Shown in pieces: positions 45,886 through 56,076 of a stretch of DNA of 64,000 nucleotides. Numbering within the stretch: the stretch's first letter is position 1; every line of letters begins with the position of its first letter. The translations under genes and the position numbers were made by a program. This DNA is from Candidatus Krumholzibacteriota bacterium (GTDB taxonomy: Bacteria; Krumholzibacteriota; Krumholzibacteriia; JAJRXK01), in contig CAWDWO010000039.1 of assembly GCA_963806035.1 (NCBI GenBank), positions 63,781 through 127,780 of the forward strand. Direction: 5' to 3'. The notes under the pieces were generated by a model. It saw only the letters and a program-made list of their open reading frames with translations. It was not told the DNA's origin and made no database searches.

Positions 45886-48322
45886 GTGGCGCGTTTGCCG
45901 AGCAAGGAAGAGCAACGCAGCCTGAAGCTCCTGGAATTTCCCGCTCTCTTGGAACTGGTGGCCAGCTACTCCGCAAATCCGCGCGCGGCGCGCGCGATTC
46001 GTGAGCTTCTGCCCGATCCCGATCTCGATCGTTTGACCGCTCTTTGGCAGTGGGTCTCGGAGTACCTCGAGTTACTGAGGCAGGGAGAGGACTGTCCCCT
46101 GGGGGAAATCCTCGACCTTCAGCTGAGTCTGGGCGACGAAAGACAGTTTCCCGGGCCGCTGGAAGCGGCGGAGCTGGCCGCGGTGGGCGCCGCGTGCCGC
46201 GAACTCTCGCAGCTCTTGAGCTATCTGCGCGCCCACGCCGACCAGTTGCCCGTCAGTAGCGATTTTTTCGCGCGGAGCGAGGATCCAGGTTCTTTGGGCG
46301 ATCACCTCCTCTCGGCACTGGAGCCGGATGGCCGGATCAAGGATGGGGCGAGCGGGAGTCTGCGTTCGTTGCGGGCCGCAGTGCAGAGCGCACTGGAGCA
46401 GGTGCGCAGGACCGCGCGTCTCCAGATGCAGCATGCACACGCCCAGGGGTGGACCACCGCCGAGGAACTCGTGTTGAGGGGTGATCGCTATTGCATTCCC
46501 CTGCGGGCCTCCGAACGCTCGCGGGTGGAAGGGGTGATCCACGACCGCAGCTCGACCGGCCAGACCCTGTTCGTGGAGGCTCTGCCGGTGGTGGAGTCCT
46601 CCAACCAGTTGCAGGAAGCGCGTCTCAACGTTCAGGAAGAAGAGGCGCGAATTTTGCGGCGTCTCAACGCCGAAGTCAGTGCCGCGTCGCCCGGCCTGCT
46701 CGAGCTCTACCGGAAAGCGATGGTCCTGGATGCGCTCAGGGCGCGCGCTCGTTGGGGAAGCAAACGTGGCGCACTGGTTCCTGAATTTTCCGCGCCCCAT
46801 CAGGGTTCCTTGAGCCTGAGGGCTTTCCGTCACCCCCTTCTCCAGGAGAGCCTCGCGAGGACTGAGCGCGAGGCGGAACTCGTGCCGCTGGACCTGACCC
46901 TGAAGGAAGGGGACCGCGTCCTGTTGCTCAGTGGGCCCAACGCCGGAGGCAAGACGGTGGTGCTCAAGTCGGTGGGATTGGCGGCCTGCATGGCGCAGAC
47001 CGGAATTCCCCTGCCCACCGAAACCGCGGCCCGAGTCCCCGTCTTCGACAAGATCTTTCTGGAGCTGGGCGACGATCAATCTCTGGTGAACGCCCTCAGC
47101 CATTTCAGCGCGCATCTCTCGCACTTGAAGGCGGTGTACGAAGAGGCGACCGACAGCAGTCTCGTGCTCCTGGACGAGGTGGGAGGGGGAACCGATCCCG
47201 CCGAAGGTGTCGCCCTGGCTCGTGCGTATCTGGAGATTCTGGCGGAGAAGGTGGGTTGCATTCTCGCCACGACCCACTATGGACAACTCAAAGCGCTGGT
47301 GCACGAACGCGAGGAATTCCGCAATGCATCGATGGCCTACGATGCGCAGCGCCTTTTGCCGCTCTTCCGTCTGATCATGGACTCGCCTGGCGCCTCACGA
47401 GGTCTGCAGATCGCGGCGCGCATGGGACTCGAGCGGAGGATTCTGGATCGCGCGGAAGAGTTGGCGGAAGACGACAGCCTGCGCCTGAATGCCGTGCTGG
47501 TGGCGATGGAGAACGAACGCGAAGCGCTCACCCGCGCCCGCGAGCAGGCGGAACTCGAGTTGGCGGCTCGTGCCAAGGAGCGAGACGATTACCAGAGGAG
47601 GGCGCGGGAGATCAAACAGCAACGCCGCGAGATTCTGGATCGAGCGGAGCAGGAGGCCGAGGGGATCATTCGCCGGGCCCGGGCGCGCATCGAATCCCTC
47701 CTCGCCGAGATTCGCGCCAGGGGAGACGATTCCAAAGAAGCGGCCGCGGCCGCACAACGCGCCCGAGAGGAAGTGGATCGTCGCGCGGAGAATCTACGGC
47801 GCAGTCTCGAGAAGCGGCGCACTCCGCAGCGCGGGCACAGGGCGGCGAGGATTGAAGTGGGGGCCCTTGTGCAGCACGCGGGCTCGGGGGTGACGGGACA
47901 GATCGTGGAGATCCGCGGTGAGCGAGTCGTCCTTGTGGACAAGGGACGTAGGGTACAAGTTCCGGCGAGCGAGCTGGTGGAACCCGAGGGCGCGGCCCAA
48001 GGGGCGCGCCCAACAAGAGGCGCGCTTGCGGGGCCCGGGCGGAGGGGGACTTCGGCTTCCCGAGGTGGACGCGAGCGCCGTGGCGAGCCGCGTCGACGTC
48101 CGCGGCTATGAAGTCCAGGAGGCCTGGGTCGCGGTGGACAAGGCGATCGACCGCTGCGTCCTGGCCGACACGAGGGTGTTGGAGGTGGTGCACGGGAAGG
48201 GCACGGGAACCCTCCGACGCGAGCTTCACGCGCGCTTGAAGGGTGACTCTCGGGTGATCGAGACCCGGTTGGGCGACGGCCGCGAGGGGGACGACGGTCT
48301 CACTCTGGTCAGCCTTCGCTGA
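45886..48322 (+). CDS. mutS2: endonuclease MutS2 (MutS domain + C-terminal Smr), frameshifted as assembled
   Basis: The body (LKLLEFPALLELV..., Walker A GPNAGGKTV, DEVGGGTDP, coiled-coil) is in the frame of ORF 45424..48111. The Smr domain (VDVRGYEVQEAWVAVDKAI...VVHGKGTGTLRREL...DGLTLVSL) is in the frame of ORF 47918..48322. Confidence 0.85.
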
Positions 48323-48436
48323 GCCCCCAGTTTTGGTAGCGGTGCTCGATTCGTGGCTCCATTGGCCGAAGTACCGCCCGCGATCTACCTTTTTCATGGT
48401 CGCCCGCCCCATGCAGGACTTTGGTCTTACGAGTCT

Positions 48437-50194
48437 ATGTCGCTACGCATCCCGCAGGACGTAATCGAGAAGATTCGGAGCGAGACCCCGATCGAAGAGG
48501 TCGTGCGTCATTTCGTTCCCCTGCAACCCTCCGGACGCACCTTCAAGGCGCGTTGTCCGTTCCACAACGAGAAGACCCCCTCCTTCCACGCCATCCCCGA
48601 GAAGCAGATTTTCTATTGCTACGGCTGCCAGAAGGGGGGCGACGTCTTCCGTTTCCTCATGGAAAAGGAGGGGATGAGCTTTCCGGAATCGGTGGAGTGG
48701 TGCGCGAGCCGGCTGGGCCTGGATCTCAGCCGTTATGCCGCCGAGGAACCCTCGGCGAGCAACCGGGCGCAGCTTTTCGAGGCCACGGCCTGGGCCCAGC
48801 AGTGGTTCGCCCAGCAGCTTCAATCCGAGGCCGGCAGTGCGGCGCGACGCTATGCGCGCGAACGCGGACTCAAGCCGGAAACCCTGGAGCTTTTCGGGAT
48901 CGGCTATGCGCCCGAGGATGGCAACGAATTGGTGAGCGCCGCCGCACAGGCCAAGATCTCGACCGAGACCCTGCTGCAGGTGAGCCTTCTGGGCCGGAAA
49001 GCGCAGCAGCCTCCCTTTGCCTATTTCCGATCGCGACTTATATTTCCGATCCGAGGGGTCGCATCGAAGATCCACGGTTTCGGCGGCAGGATCCTGGGGC
49101 CCAGAGAGCCCAAATATCTAAATTCACCCGAAACCTCCATCTTCCAGAAGCGTTCGATTCTCTACGGACTTTCCCACGCGCGTTCGCAGATCATCCGCGT
49201 TCGGAGAGCGATCCTGGTGGAAGGGTATATCGATGCCCTGATGCTTCATCAGGCGGGATGGAACCAGACCGTAGCCACCTGCGGCACATCGTTCACGTCA
49301 GAGCAGGCACGCACTCTGCGTCGTTACGCGGAGGCAGTCGACTTGCTCTTCGATGGCGACAAGGCGGGCAGAAAGGCTGCCTTCAAAGCAGCCGATGCGG
49401 CGCTCGCCGCCGGTCTGGACGTTCGCATCGTCCGGATCCCCAGGAATCGGGATCCGGCGGACCTGCTTTTGGACGGTGAGGTCGCCACCTTGCGAGAGGC
49501 TATCGACAACGCGCCCAGCCTGGTTGCCTCGCTTGCCGCGGAGGTTGCCGCCCGAGGCAACCGCCGCGAGATGAAAGAGCATGCCCTTCATCACATAAGG
49601 GAGAGCTTGAGCAAGATCGAGGACCCCATCCGTGCCGAGCTGATGGCCCAGGAAGCGGCGGAGACCTTCCGCGTGCGTCCGGGGCTACTTCTGGCGGACG
49701 CTCCTCAGCGCGCGAAAGCGAGGTCCAAGAAGTCATCCGGGGAGACTGCCGAATCACCGAGAGAGGAGGGACCTTGGTTTCAGAACGAGTTCGCCATTCT
49801 GCGCTTCGCCATGGCGAGTCGGGCATCCCGGCACCGCTTGTTCGAGACCTTGGCCGCCGAGGACATTCGCAGTGACTCTCTGCGCGAGATCTTCAATGCA
49901 CTGCACGAGATCGACAACGAGCTGGATGAACGCTGCGACATTAGAATTTTGGAGCGGGTTTCCGTGGAAAACCAGTCGCTTCTCACGCGCATCCTGGTGG
50001 ACATGCCTCAGGAGGGACTGGATTCGCTGGCGGAACTCAACGCCGCTCTGCGTCAACGAGGCGAGCTGGATTCGCGCGAGCAGAGCTTGGAGCGGCGCGA
50101 GCAGTTGAAACGCAAGTATCTGGCTGGGGAAGAGTGGCGAAGCGATCTTCCCAAGGCCATCGACACCGACATCGCCGAGGGTGACGGCGCCTAG
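48437..50194 (+). CDS. dnaG: DNA primase
   Basis: Zinc ribbon [30 protein letters not shown] and [16 protein letters not shown]...[10 protein letters not shown]. Immediately upstream of rpoD. Confidence 0.95.
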   Translation: MSLRIPQDVIEKIRSETPIEEVVRHFVPLQPSGRTFKARCPFHNEKTPSFHAIPEKQIFYCYGCQKGGDVFRFLMEKEGMSFPESVEWCASRLGLDLSRYAAEEPSASNRAQLFEATAWAQQWFAQQLQSEAGSAARRYARERGLKPETLELFGIGYAPEDGNELVSAAAQAKISTETLLQVSLLGRKAQQPPFAYFRSRLIFPIRGVASKIHGFGGRILGPREPKYLNSPETSIFQKRSILYGLSHARSQIIRVRRAILVEGYIDALMLHQAGWNQTVATCGTSFTSEQARTLRRYAEAVDLLFDGDKAGRKAAFKAADAALAAGLDVRIVRIPRNRDPADLLLDGEVATLREAIDNAPSLVASLAAEVAARGNRREMKEHALHHIRESLSKIEDPIRAELMAQEAAETFRVRPGLLLADAPQRAKARSKKSSGETAESPREEGPWFQNEFAILRFAMASRASRHRLFETLAAEDIRSDSLREIFNALHEIDNELDERCDIRILERVSVENQSLLTRILVDMPQEGLDSLAELNAALRQRGELDSREQSLERREQLKRKYLAGEEWRSDLPKAIDTDIAEGDGA

Positions 50195-50243
50195 CGCCGC
50201 CGTTCTGGCTCTGAGGGGCTCAAAAAGGGGACGATTTCGCACG

Positions 50244-51992
50244 ATGAAAAAGGCGACATTCAATCGGCTCATCGGTCAGCTCAAGGAGAAGGCCCAGGAT
50301 CACGGGGGCTACGTGCTCCACGACGAAATCAACGGCCTTCTCGCCGACGAATTCGACATCAGCGAGCTGGACAGAATCTACGACCGCCTGAGTGATCTTC
50401 GGATCGAGTTCTTCGATTCGGAGGAATCGGCCCGCCGCCGAATGGAGCTGCGCGAACGCAAGCGACTCAAGAAGCTCCGGGCGGAGAAGCAAGCCACCCG
50501 CACCCACGTGAAGTACGACGACCCCGTCCGCATGTATCTGCGCGAAATGGGCAAGGTGCCCCTGCTCGACCGCGCCGGCGAGGTGCGCCTGGCCAAGCGC
50601 ATGGAGGAGGGGAACCTGCGCGTGGTGAAGGCCATGCTCGAGTCCGGGAATACCATCGAGGAGCTGCGCGCGCTCGGTGACCGGCTGGGACGCGAAGTGG
50701 TCACCGTGGATGACATCATCCAGACGGACGCCTCGTCCTGGAACGTCAATTCCACCGCCAAGAAGGAAAGCCAGCGCCTTTTGCGCGCCTGCGAGAGGAT
50801 CTCCAAGTGGAAGGCGGAAATCGCCGCTTCCACCCAGGAACTCGCGGAGGGGCCCACTCCGGCGCGGAAGAAGACCTTGGAGCGCATGGTCGAATCCCGT
50901 CGCGAGAAGATCCTGGACGAGTTCTGTGGTCTGCGCCTGAACCAGACCCAGATCGAGTCGATGAGCAATGCCCTGCGCGTGGTCCTGCAGAAGATGGACG
51001 ATACCCAGCGGCAGATCACCCAGTGCGAGGACTTCCTCGGCCTCTCCTATACCGAGCTCAATCGCGTCCAGAAGGAAATGGGCAGCAAGAAGAGCGTAAA
51101 GGTGCAGGGCAAGGGCGAATTCACACGCAAGGAGCTGGCGGATTTTCAGAAGAAGATTCGCTCTCTGCGTTCGCGGGTGAAAGGGATGGAAGATGCGATT
51201 GGTTTGTCCAAGGAACAGCTCACCGTACTGGTGGACGAGATCGAAGCGGGGGAGCGGCAGTTCCAGAAGGCGGTGAAGGACATGATCGAGGCTAACGTGC
51301 GCCTCGTCATCTCCATCGCCAAGCGTTACACGAATCGCGGCCTGGAGTTCCTCGACCTCATTCAAGAGGGTAACAGTGGTCTCATGAGGGCGGTGGAGAA
51401 GTTCGACTACCGCAAGGGCTACAAGTTCTCCACCTACGCCACCTGGTGGATTCGCCAGGCCATCACGCGCGCCATCGCCGATCAGGCCCGGACCATCCGC
51501 GTTCCCGTGCACATGATCGAGGCCATCAACAAGGTGAACCGCGTGAACCGGCAACTCCTCCAGGAGTTCGGCCGCGACCCGTCTCCGGCCGAAGTCGCCA
51601 AGCGCCTGGACATGCCGGCCGAGAAGGTCACGAGCGTGATGAAGGCGAGCCTGGAGCCGGTCTCGCTCGACCGTCCCATCGGGGAGGACGAGGACTCGAA
51701 TCTGGGCGATTTCATCGAGGATTCCAATGCCCCCAGTCCCGCGCGCCAGGCCGCCCATGCGATGCTGCAAGATCGCATGAACCGGGTGCTTTCCACTTTG
51801 ACCCGGCGCGAGGAGAAGGTCATTCGTCTGCGCTTCGGCCTGGGCGACGGAACCCCGCGTACCCTGGAAGAAGTGGGGACCATCTTCAAGGTGACACGCG
51901 AGCGCGTGCGTCAGATCGAGGCCAAGGCCCTGCGCAAGCTACGTCATCCTTCCCGAGCCAGAAAACTGAAGGGCTATTCGGAGATCATCTAG
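50244..51992 (+). CDS. rpoD: RNA polymerase primary sigma factor (sigma-70)
   Basis: Region 2 [32 protein letters not shown] and region 4.2 [30 protein letters not shown]. Confidence 0.95.
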   Translation: MKKATFNRLIGQLKEKAQDHGGYVLHDEINGLLADEFDISELDRIYDRLSDLRIEFFDSEESARRRMELRERKRLKKLRAEKQATRTHVKYDDPVRMYLREMGKVPLLDRAGEVRLAKRMEEGNLRVVKAMLESGNTIEELRALGDRLGREVVTVDDIIQTDASSWNVNSTAKKESQRLLRACERISKWKAEIAASTQELAEGPTPARKKTLERMVESRREKILDEFCGLRLNQTQIESMSNALRVVLQKMDDTQRQITQCEDFLGLSYTELNRVQKEMGSKKSVKVQGKGEFTRKELADFQKKIRSLRSRVKGMEDAIGLSKEQLTVLVDEIEAGERQFQKAVKDMIEANVRLVISIAKRYTNRGLEFLDLIQEGNSGLMRAVEKFDYRKGYKFSTYATWWIRQAITRAIADQARTIRVPVHMIEAINKVNRVNRQLLQEFGRDPSPAEVAKRLDMPAEKVTSVMKASLEPVSLDRPIGEDEDSNLGDFIEDSNAPSPARQAAHAMLQDRMNRVLSTLTRREEKVIRLRFGLGDGTPRTLEEVGTIFKVTRERVRQIEAKALRKLRHPSRARKLKGYSEII

Positions 51993-52033
51993 GGCCTCCG
52001 ACAGCTCAATCCAAGGGCCCGGCGCCGGCCGAC

Positions 52034-52062
52034 TTGACCCCCTGGTAGTGGAATGCTAGCTT
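52034..52062 (+). promoter_or_regulatory. sigma-70-type promoter TTGACC-N17-TAGCTT upstream of tRNA-Met/tRNA-Val
   Basis: TTGACC at 52034-52039 and TAGCTT at 52057-52062, 18 nt before the first tRNA. Confidence 0.5.
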
Positions 52063-52079
52063 GTCGGACCGGTTCTTGT

Positions 52080-52153
52080 GGGCCCATAGCTCAGATGGTG
52101 AGAGCTGCCGGCTCATAACCGGTTGGTCCCAGGTTCGAGTCCTGGTGGGCCCA
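52080..52153 (+). tRNA. tRNA with CAT anticodon (elongator Met, or Ile2 if lysidinylated)
   Basis: Acceptor GGGCCCA/TGGGCCC, anticodon stem GCCGG/CCGGT with loop CTCATAA, T arm CCAGG-TTCGAGT-CCTGG. No encoded CCA. 1-72 is paired and there are no three G-C pairs at the bottom of the anticodon stem, so it is not an initiator. Confidence 0.85.
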
Positions 52154-52167
52154 GATTCGGAGACGAG

Positions 52168-52244
52168 GGGCGGTTAGCTCAGCTGGCTAGAGCGCTCGCC
52201 TCACACGCGAGAGGTCACTGGTTCAAGTCCAGTACCGCCCACCA
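52168..52244 (+). tRNA. tRNA-Val (CAC)
   Basis: Acceptor GGGCGGT/ACCGCCC, anticodon stem CTCGC/GCGAG with loop CTCACAC, T arm ACTGG-TTCAAGT-CCAGT, encoded CCA. Confidence 0.9.
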
Positions 52245-52396
52245 TCTCCCCGAGCTGGGCCATCGCATCCCCCTGCAGGAGGGACATTGAAACTCGGCAA
52301 AGTTCTCTCGCGCGACGATTCTCTCATGGGGGCCATTGCCCGATTGGCTGGTAGCCGAGATGCGCGCCAGCAGCTCCCAGTTGCTAAGACCGCAGA

Positions 52397-52426
52397 AAGG
52401 GGCGCCAACGGCGCCCTTCGTTTTTT
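52397..52426 (+). terminator. intrinsic terminator about 150 nt downstream of tRNA-Val
   Basis: Stem AAGGGGCGCC / GGCGCCCTT around loop AAC, followed by cgTTTTTT. A T-tract is present only on the + strand. Confidence 0.7.
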
Positions 52427-52498
52427 CTCCGATACCCGGCTCCCCATGGCGGACGACACGCACTGCAGCCCGGTGGCAGGCGTTTCAGGAGGCTTCTC

Positions 52499-53248
52499 GT
52501 GGTGAAATCCGTAGACCCCCGTGCTCTCTCACAACTCTCCGCCCACGACTTCCAGGCGGACCAATGCCGGCAGACGATCCGTTCGATGAACGAACGCCGC
52601 GAAACCCTGGCGCAACTCGAGCGCGAGTACGCGGCGGAGACTGCGCAGGCCAAGACGCATTTGGACGAGCTGAAGCTGCAGATCCGACAGGCGGAATTGG
52701 AAATCGCCGACCTGAAGCGCCAGTCGAAGGTGCATCAGGGACATCTCAACGAGATCACCGACAGTCGCGAGTACCGAGCCCTGAACGAGGAGATCCGCTA
52801 CCTGCAACGCCAAATCGGTGAAATCGAGGAGAGAACCCTCGCGATCATGGAGGAGTCCGAGAAGGCGGAGAAGGCGCTCGAGGAGAGCCGGGCGGAGTTC
52901 AATCGCCGGCGCGCGGAATTCGACCGCGAGCGCGAACAGATCGAATCGGACCTGGTCGACCAGCGCGAGAAGCTCGAGAACTACCTGAAGACGCGTTCCG
53001 AATTCTACCAGCAAGTGCCGGCGGCGACCCGGCAGTTCTACGAGCGCCGGAGCAAGCGCCAGCAGATGCCAGTGGTCTGGATGGACGAGGGAGATTCCTG
53101 CGGTCACTGCCACCATCGGCTGACGCCGCAGGCGCGCCTGGAAGTCATCAGCGCCAAGAACCTGGTGACCTGCGAGAGCTGCGGTCGGGTCATCGTGGCG
53201 TCGCCGGAGACGATGTCCGAACAGAGCAATCACGCGGAGCTTTCCTAG
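52499..53248 (+). CDS. coiled-coil zinc-ribbon protein (COG1579/DUF164-like)
   Basis: Long heptad-rich region (LKLQIRQAELEIADLKRQ..., REYRALNEEIRYLQRQI) and C-terminal C4 ribbon CGHCHHRL...CESCGRV. Confidence 0.7.
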   Translation: MVKSVDPRALSQLSAHDFQADQCRQTIRSMNERRETLAQLEREYAAETAQAKTHLDELKLQIRQAELEIADLKRQSKVHQGHLNEITDSREYRALNEEIRYLQRQIGEIEERTLAIMEESEKAEKALEESRAEFNRRRAEFDREREQIESDLVDQREKLENYLKTRSEFYQQVPAATRQFYERRSKRQQMPVVWMDEGDSCGHCHHRLTPQARLEVISAKNLVTCESCGRVIVASPETMSEQSNHAELS

Positions 53249-53250
53249 CA

Positions 53251-53871
53251 TTGAGCACCGGGGATCGTAAGCGACTTGTGAAGGAACTGACCAATGGTCC
53301 GGACTTCGCCCGTGCGGCGAAGGCCGCCGGGTACGAGTCCGCGGACGAGGCGGCGAAGGATCTCGCAGCCCCCAAGGCGAAGCGCGCCTCCCGCGCCTCG
53401 CAAGGAGATCCGGGCGAGGCACTTCCGGGAAGATGCCCCGACAAATCGCCCTATCCCCCTCATTCCACTGCGGTCGCGCACTCCGATGGCGCCAGCCGCG
53501 GCAATCCCGGTCCGGCCTCCTACGGCTGTGTCTATCTCACCGAAGACGGCACGGTTCTCTGCGCGGAAGGCGCAGTGATTGGCAATGCCACCAACAACAT
53601 CGCCGAATACCGCGGGGCCATCGCCGCTCTGACCCGTCTGCGCGACTGGGGTGAATCCAAGATCATTCTGCGCCTGGATTCGCAGCTCATCGCGCGCCAA
53701 CTCGATGGAAGCTACAAGGTCAAGCACGAGGGCTTGAAGCCGCTTCACGCCCAGGCGAAGTCTCTTCTCACTCACTTCGATTCGGTGAAAATCGAGTACC
53801 ATCCGCGCAAGCAGAACGCTCTGGCGGATCACTTCGCCAACCTGGCGCTGGACGGAAAGCTCCCGTCCTGA
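53251..53871 (+). CDS. rnhA: ribonuclease HI with about 75-aa N-terminal extension
   Basis: Catalytic motifs HSDGASRGNPGPASYG (D), NNIAEYRGAIAAL (E), LDSQLIARQL (D), NALADHFAN (D). Start is TTG 53251 or GTG 53278. Confidence 0.8.
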   Translation: MSTGDRKRLVKELTNGPDFARAAKAAGYESADEAAKDLAAPKAKRASRASQGDPGEALPGRCPDKSPYPPHSTAVAHSDGASRGNPGPASYGCVYLTEDGTVLCAEGAVIGNATNNIAEYRGAIAALTRLRDWGESKIILRLDSQLIARQLDGSYKVKHEGLKPLHAQAKSLLTHFDSVKIEYHPRKQNALADHFANLALDGKLPS

Positions 53872-53890
53872 CTAGACTCTTAGGACCATT

Positions 53891-54280
53891 GCGAGCGGAA
53901 GCCGGGCAGACGGCCGCGGGCGGCCTTGTGCCGTTCGAGGAAAGTCCGAGCACCAAAGGGCAGGATGCTGGTTAACGGCCAGTGGGAGTGATCCCAAGGA
54001 AAGTGCCACAGAAAACAAACCGCCTACGAGAGCTTCGGCTCTCCGGCAAGGGTGAAACGGTGGGGTAAGAGCCCACCGCCCTCCCGGTGACGGGAGGGGC
54101 AGCGGTAAACCCCATCCGGTGCAAGACCAAATAGAGGGGAAGAGGCGGCCCGCCTCGTCAAACTCCCGGGTTGGTCGCATGAGGTCACGGGCAACCGTGC
54201 CCCCAGATAAATGGTCGTCATCCCGGTACTCGTGAGAGTTCCGGGAAACAGAACTCGGCTTACGGCCGGCTTCCACTCGC
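53891..54280 (+). ncRNA. rnpB: RNase P RNA, bacterial type A
   Basis: P1 pairing GCGAGCGGAAGCCGG / CCGGCTTCCACTCGC. P4 strands GAGGAAAGTCCGAGC and ACAGAACTCGGCTTAC. AGGGTGAAACGGTGGGGTAAGAGCCCACC and GTGCAAGACCAAATAG modules. About 390 nt. Confidence 0.9.
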
Positions 54281-54363
54281 CACGGTTTCGATTCCCCTCA
54301 CCTTCGAGCGTCCCACAGGGAGCAGACGAGTTGTTGAAACGAGGTCCGGGCCGCAGCTGGACG

Positions 54364-56076
54364 ATGCCGAGCAGTCCCCCCCAGGGGGATTTTGAGTTCT
54401 TGCGCCATGAGACGGGCTTGCCCCGGCCCGCCGTCGAGATCCTGCTCAGTCGCGGCCTCAGTGATCCCTCCCGCATCGAGGCCCTGCTGAACGTCGGGGA
54501 AGAGCAGTTGCACGACCCCTTCCTTTTGCGCGACCTCGAGGGCGCGGCGCGGCGGGTGGCCGGGGCGTTGGAGTCGGGGCAGAGAATCGTCGTTCACGGC
54601 GATTACGATTGCGATGGAATCTCCGGCGCGGTCATTCTCACCGGGGCCTTGCGCCGTCTGGGAGCCGAGGTGGAGCCCTTCGTTCCCGATCGCGAAAAGG
54701 ATGGCTACGGGGTGTCACAACGCCTGGTGCGGCATGCGGGCGCCAAGGGAGTCGCACTTCTCATCACCGTCGACACCGGCAGCTCAGCGCACGAAGCACT
54801 GGAGCTGGCGAAAGAGCTGGGGATCGAGACCATCGTCTGCGACCACCATCTCTTCACCAAACGACCCGTCGGCGCGAACTGGCTGATCAATCCGCAGAGG
54901 GAAGATGACGATTCGGAAAACAAGGGACTCTGCGGAACCGCGGTGGCCTGGAAGCTGATTCGCGGGGTCGAGATGGTTCTGGGACGCGACGCGGATTCCG
55001 GGCGTGAGCTCGATCTGGTGGCTCTGGCGCTTCTCGCCGATCAGATGCCCCTCACCGGAGAGAACCGTGCGCTGTGTCGTTTAGGCCTGGCGCGCATGCG
55101 TAGAGGCGAGCGGCCCGGTCTGGTGGCTCTGGAAGAGACGGCGCGGCTCTCCGCCGCGCTGTTGGACGAGCAGGACGTGCTCTACCAGCTCGCCCCGCGC
55201 ATCAACGCCGCCGGCAGAATCGCATCCGCGCTGCGCGCGGTGGAACTGCTGCTGGCGGAAGATCAAGGCGTCGCTCGCCCTCTGGCCGCGGAACTCGATT
55301 CTCTCAACCGCCAGCGGCAGAAGATCGACTCCGCGGTGACCGAGGAGGCCTTCGAGCAGGCCGAGGAGCTCATCCGCGAGAAGGACGCGGCGGGACTCGT
55401 GCTGGCCAGCGCGAGCTGGCACATGGGAGTGGTGGGCATTGCCGCCTCCCGTGTGGTGGAGCGCTTCCACCGTCCGGCCGTACTTCTCGCAATCAGCGGG
55501 GACGAGGCGCGCGGCAGCGGTCGCGCAACGGATGGCTTCCATCTCAAGCGGGCCCTGGACACCTGCGCGGAGCACCTGAGCCGCTACGGCGGGCACGCGG
55601 CGGCGGCGGGCATGACCCTGAAGCGGGCACATATCCCGGCCTTTCGGCGCTCTTTCGCGGCCTCGGTGGCCAGCATGCCGCACGAGGCCCAAAGGCCGCC
55701 GCTGCGCCTCGACGCGCGGCTCCGCCTGAGCGAACTCGACGCGGATCTGGTCCACTTTCTGCAAAGATTCGGACCTTACGGACCGGGCCATCCCGAGCCG
55801 CTCTTCGGCGCTTTCTCGCTGTATCGACACGATCAGAAAGTGTTCAAGGAAGCTCATTTGAAGCTTCAACTCGCCGAGGAAGGCGCGGGCCGGTCCTTCA
55901 TCGGCTTTGGCCTCGCGCCAGATTTCGCGCATTTTGTACAGAAGTGGCCGACCGTAGATGTGGCCTTTCACGTGAGATATCAGCCGCGTGGGGCTTATGA
56001 TCCCTGGCAACTTCGCATCAGGGATCTCAGGGCGGCCCAGGCGAAGGCGCCAGGCAAGGAGGAGGTGAGCTCATGA
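54364..56076 (+). CDS. recJ: single-stranded-DNA-specific exonuclease RecJ
   Basis: DHH motifs IVVHGDYDCDGISG, TVDTGS and VCDHH, DHHA1 region GGHAAAAG. ATG 54364 was chosen so the CDS clears rnpB. Confidence 0.9.
   Translation: MPSSPPQGDFEFLRHETGLPRPAVEILLSRGLSDPSRIEALLNVGEEQLHDPFLLRDLEGAARRVAGALESGQRIVVHGDYDCDGISGAVILTGALRRLGAEVEPFVPDREKDGYGVSQRLVRHAGAKGVALLITVDTGSSAHEALELAKELGIETIVCDHHLFTKRPVGANWLINPQREDDDSENKGLCGTAVAWKLIRGVEMVLGRDADSGRELDLVALALLADQMPLTGENRALCRLGLARMRRGERPGLVALEETARLSAALLDEQDVLYQLAPRINAAGRIASALRAVELLLAEDQGVARPLAAELDSLNRQRQKIDSAVTEEAFEQAEELIREKDAAGLVLASASWHMGVVGIAASRVVERFHRPAVLLAISGDEARGSGRATDGFHLKRALDTCAEHLSRYGGHAAAAGMTLKRAHIPAFRRSFAASVASMPHEAQRPPLRLDARLRLSELDADLVHFLQRFGPYGPGHPEPLFGAFSLYRHDQKVFKEAHLKLQLAEEGAGRSFIGFGLAPDFAHFVQKWPTVDVAFHVRYQPRGAYDPWQLRIRDLRAAQAKAPGKEEVSS

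Noticed and set aside
52080-52153. Calling the CAT-anticodon tRNA an initiator tRNA-fMet.
   Set aside because: Positions 1-72 form a normal G-C pair, and the anticodon stem lacks the three consecutive G-C pairs of initiators. It remains ambiguous between elongator Met and lysidine-modified Ile2.
52287-52505. 72-aa ORF in the tRNA-Val downstream spacer.
   Set aside because: It has no SD, reads straight through a strong intrinsic terminator, and its composition is not protein-like. The region is reported as a candidate non-coding RNA instead.
53872-54476. ORFs 53872..54276(-), 54024..54476(-) and the 5' part of ORF 54211..56076(+).
   Set aside because: They lie on top of the RNase P RNA gene, whose P1, P4 and other conserved elements are clear. 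recJ was started at ATG 54364 downstream of rnpB.
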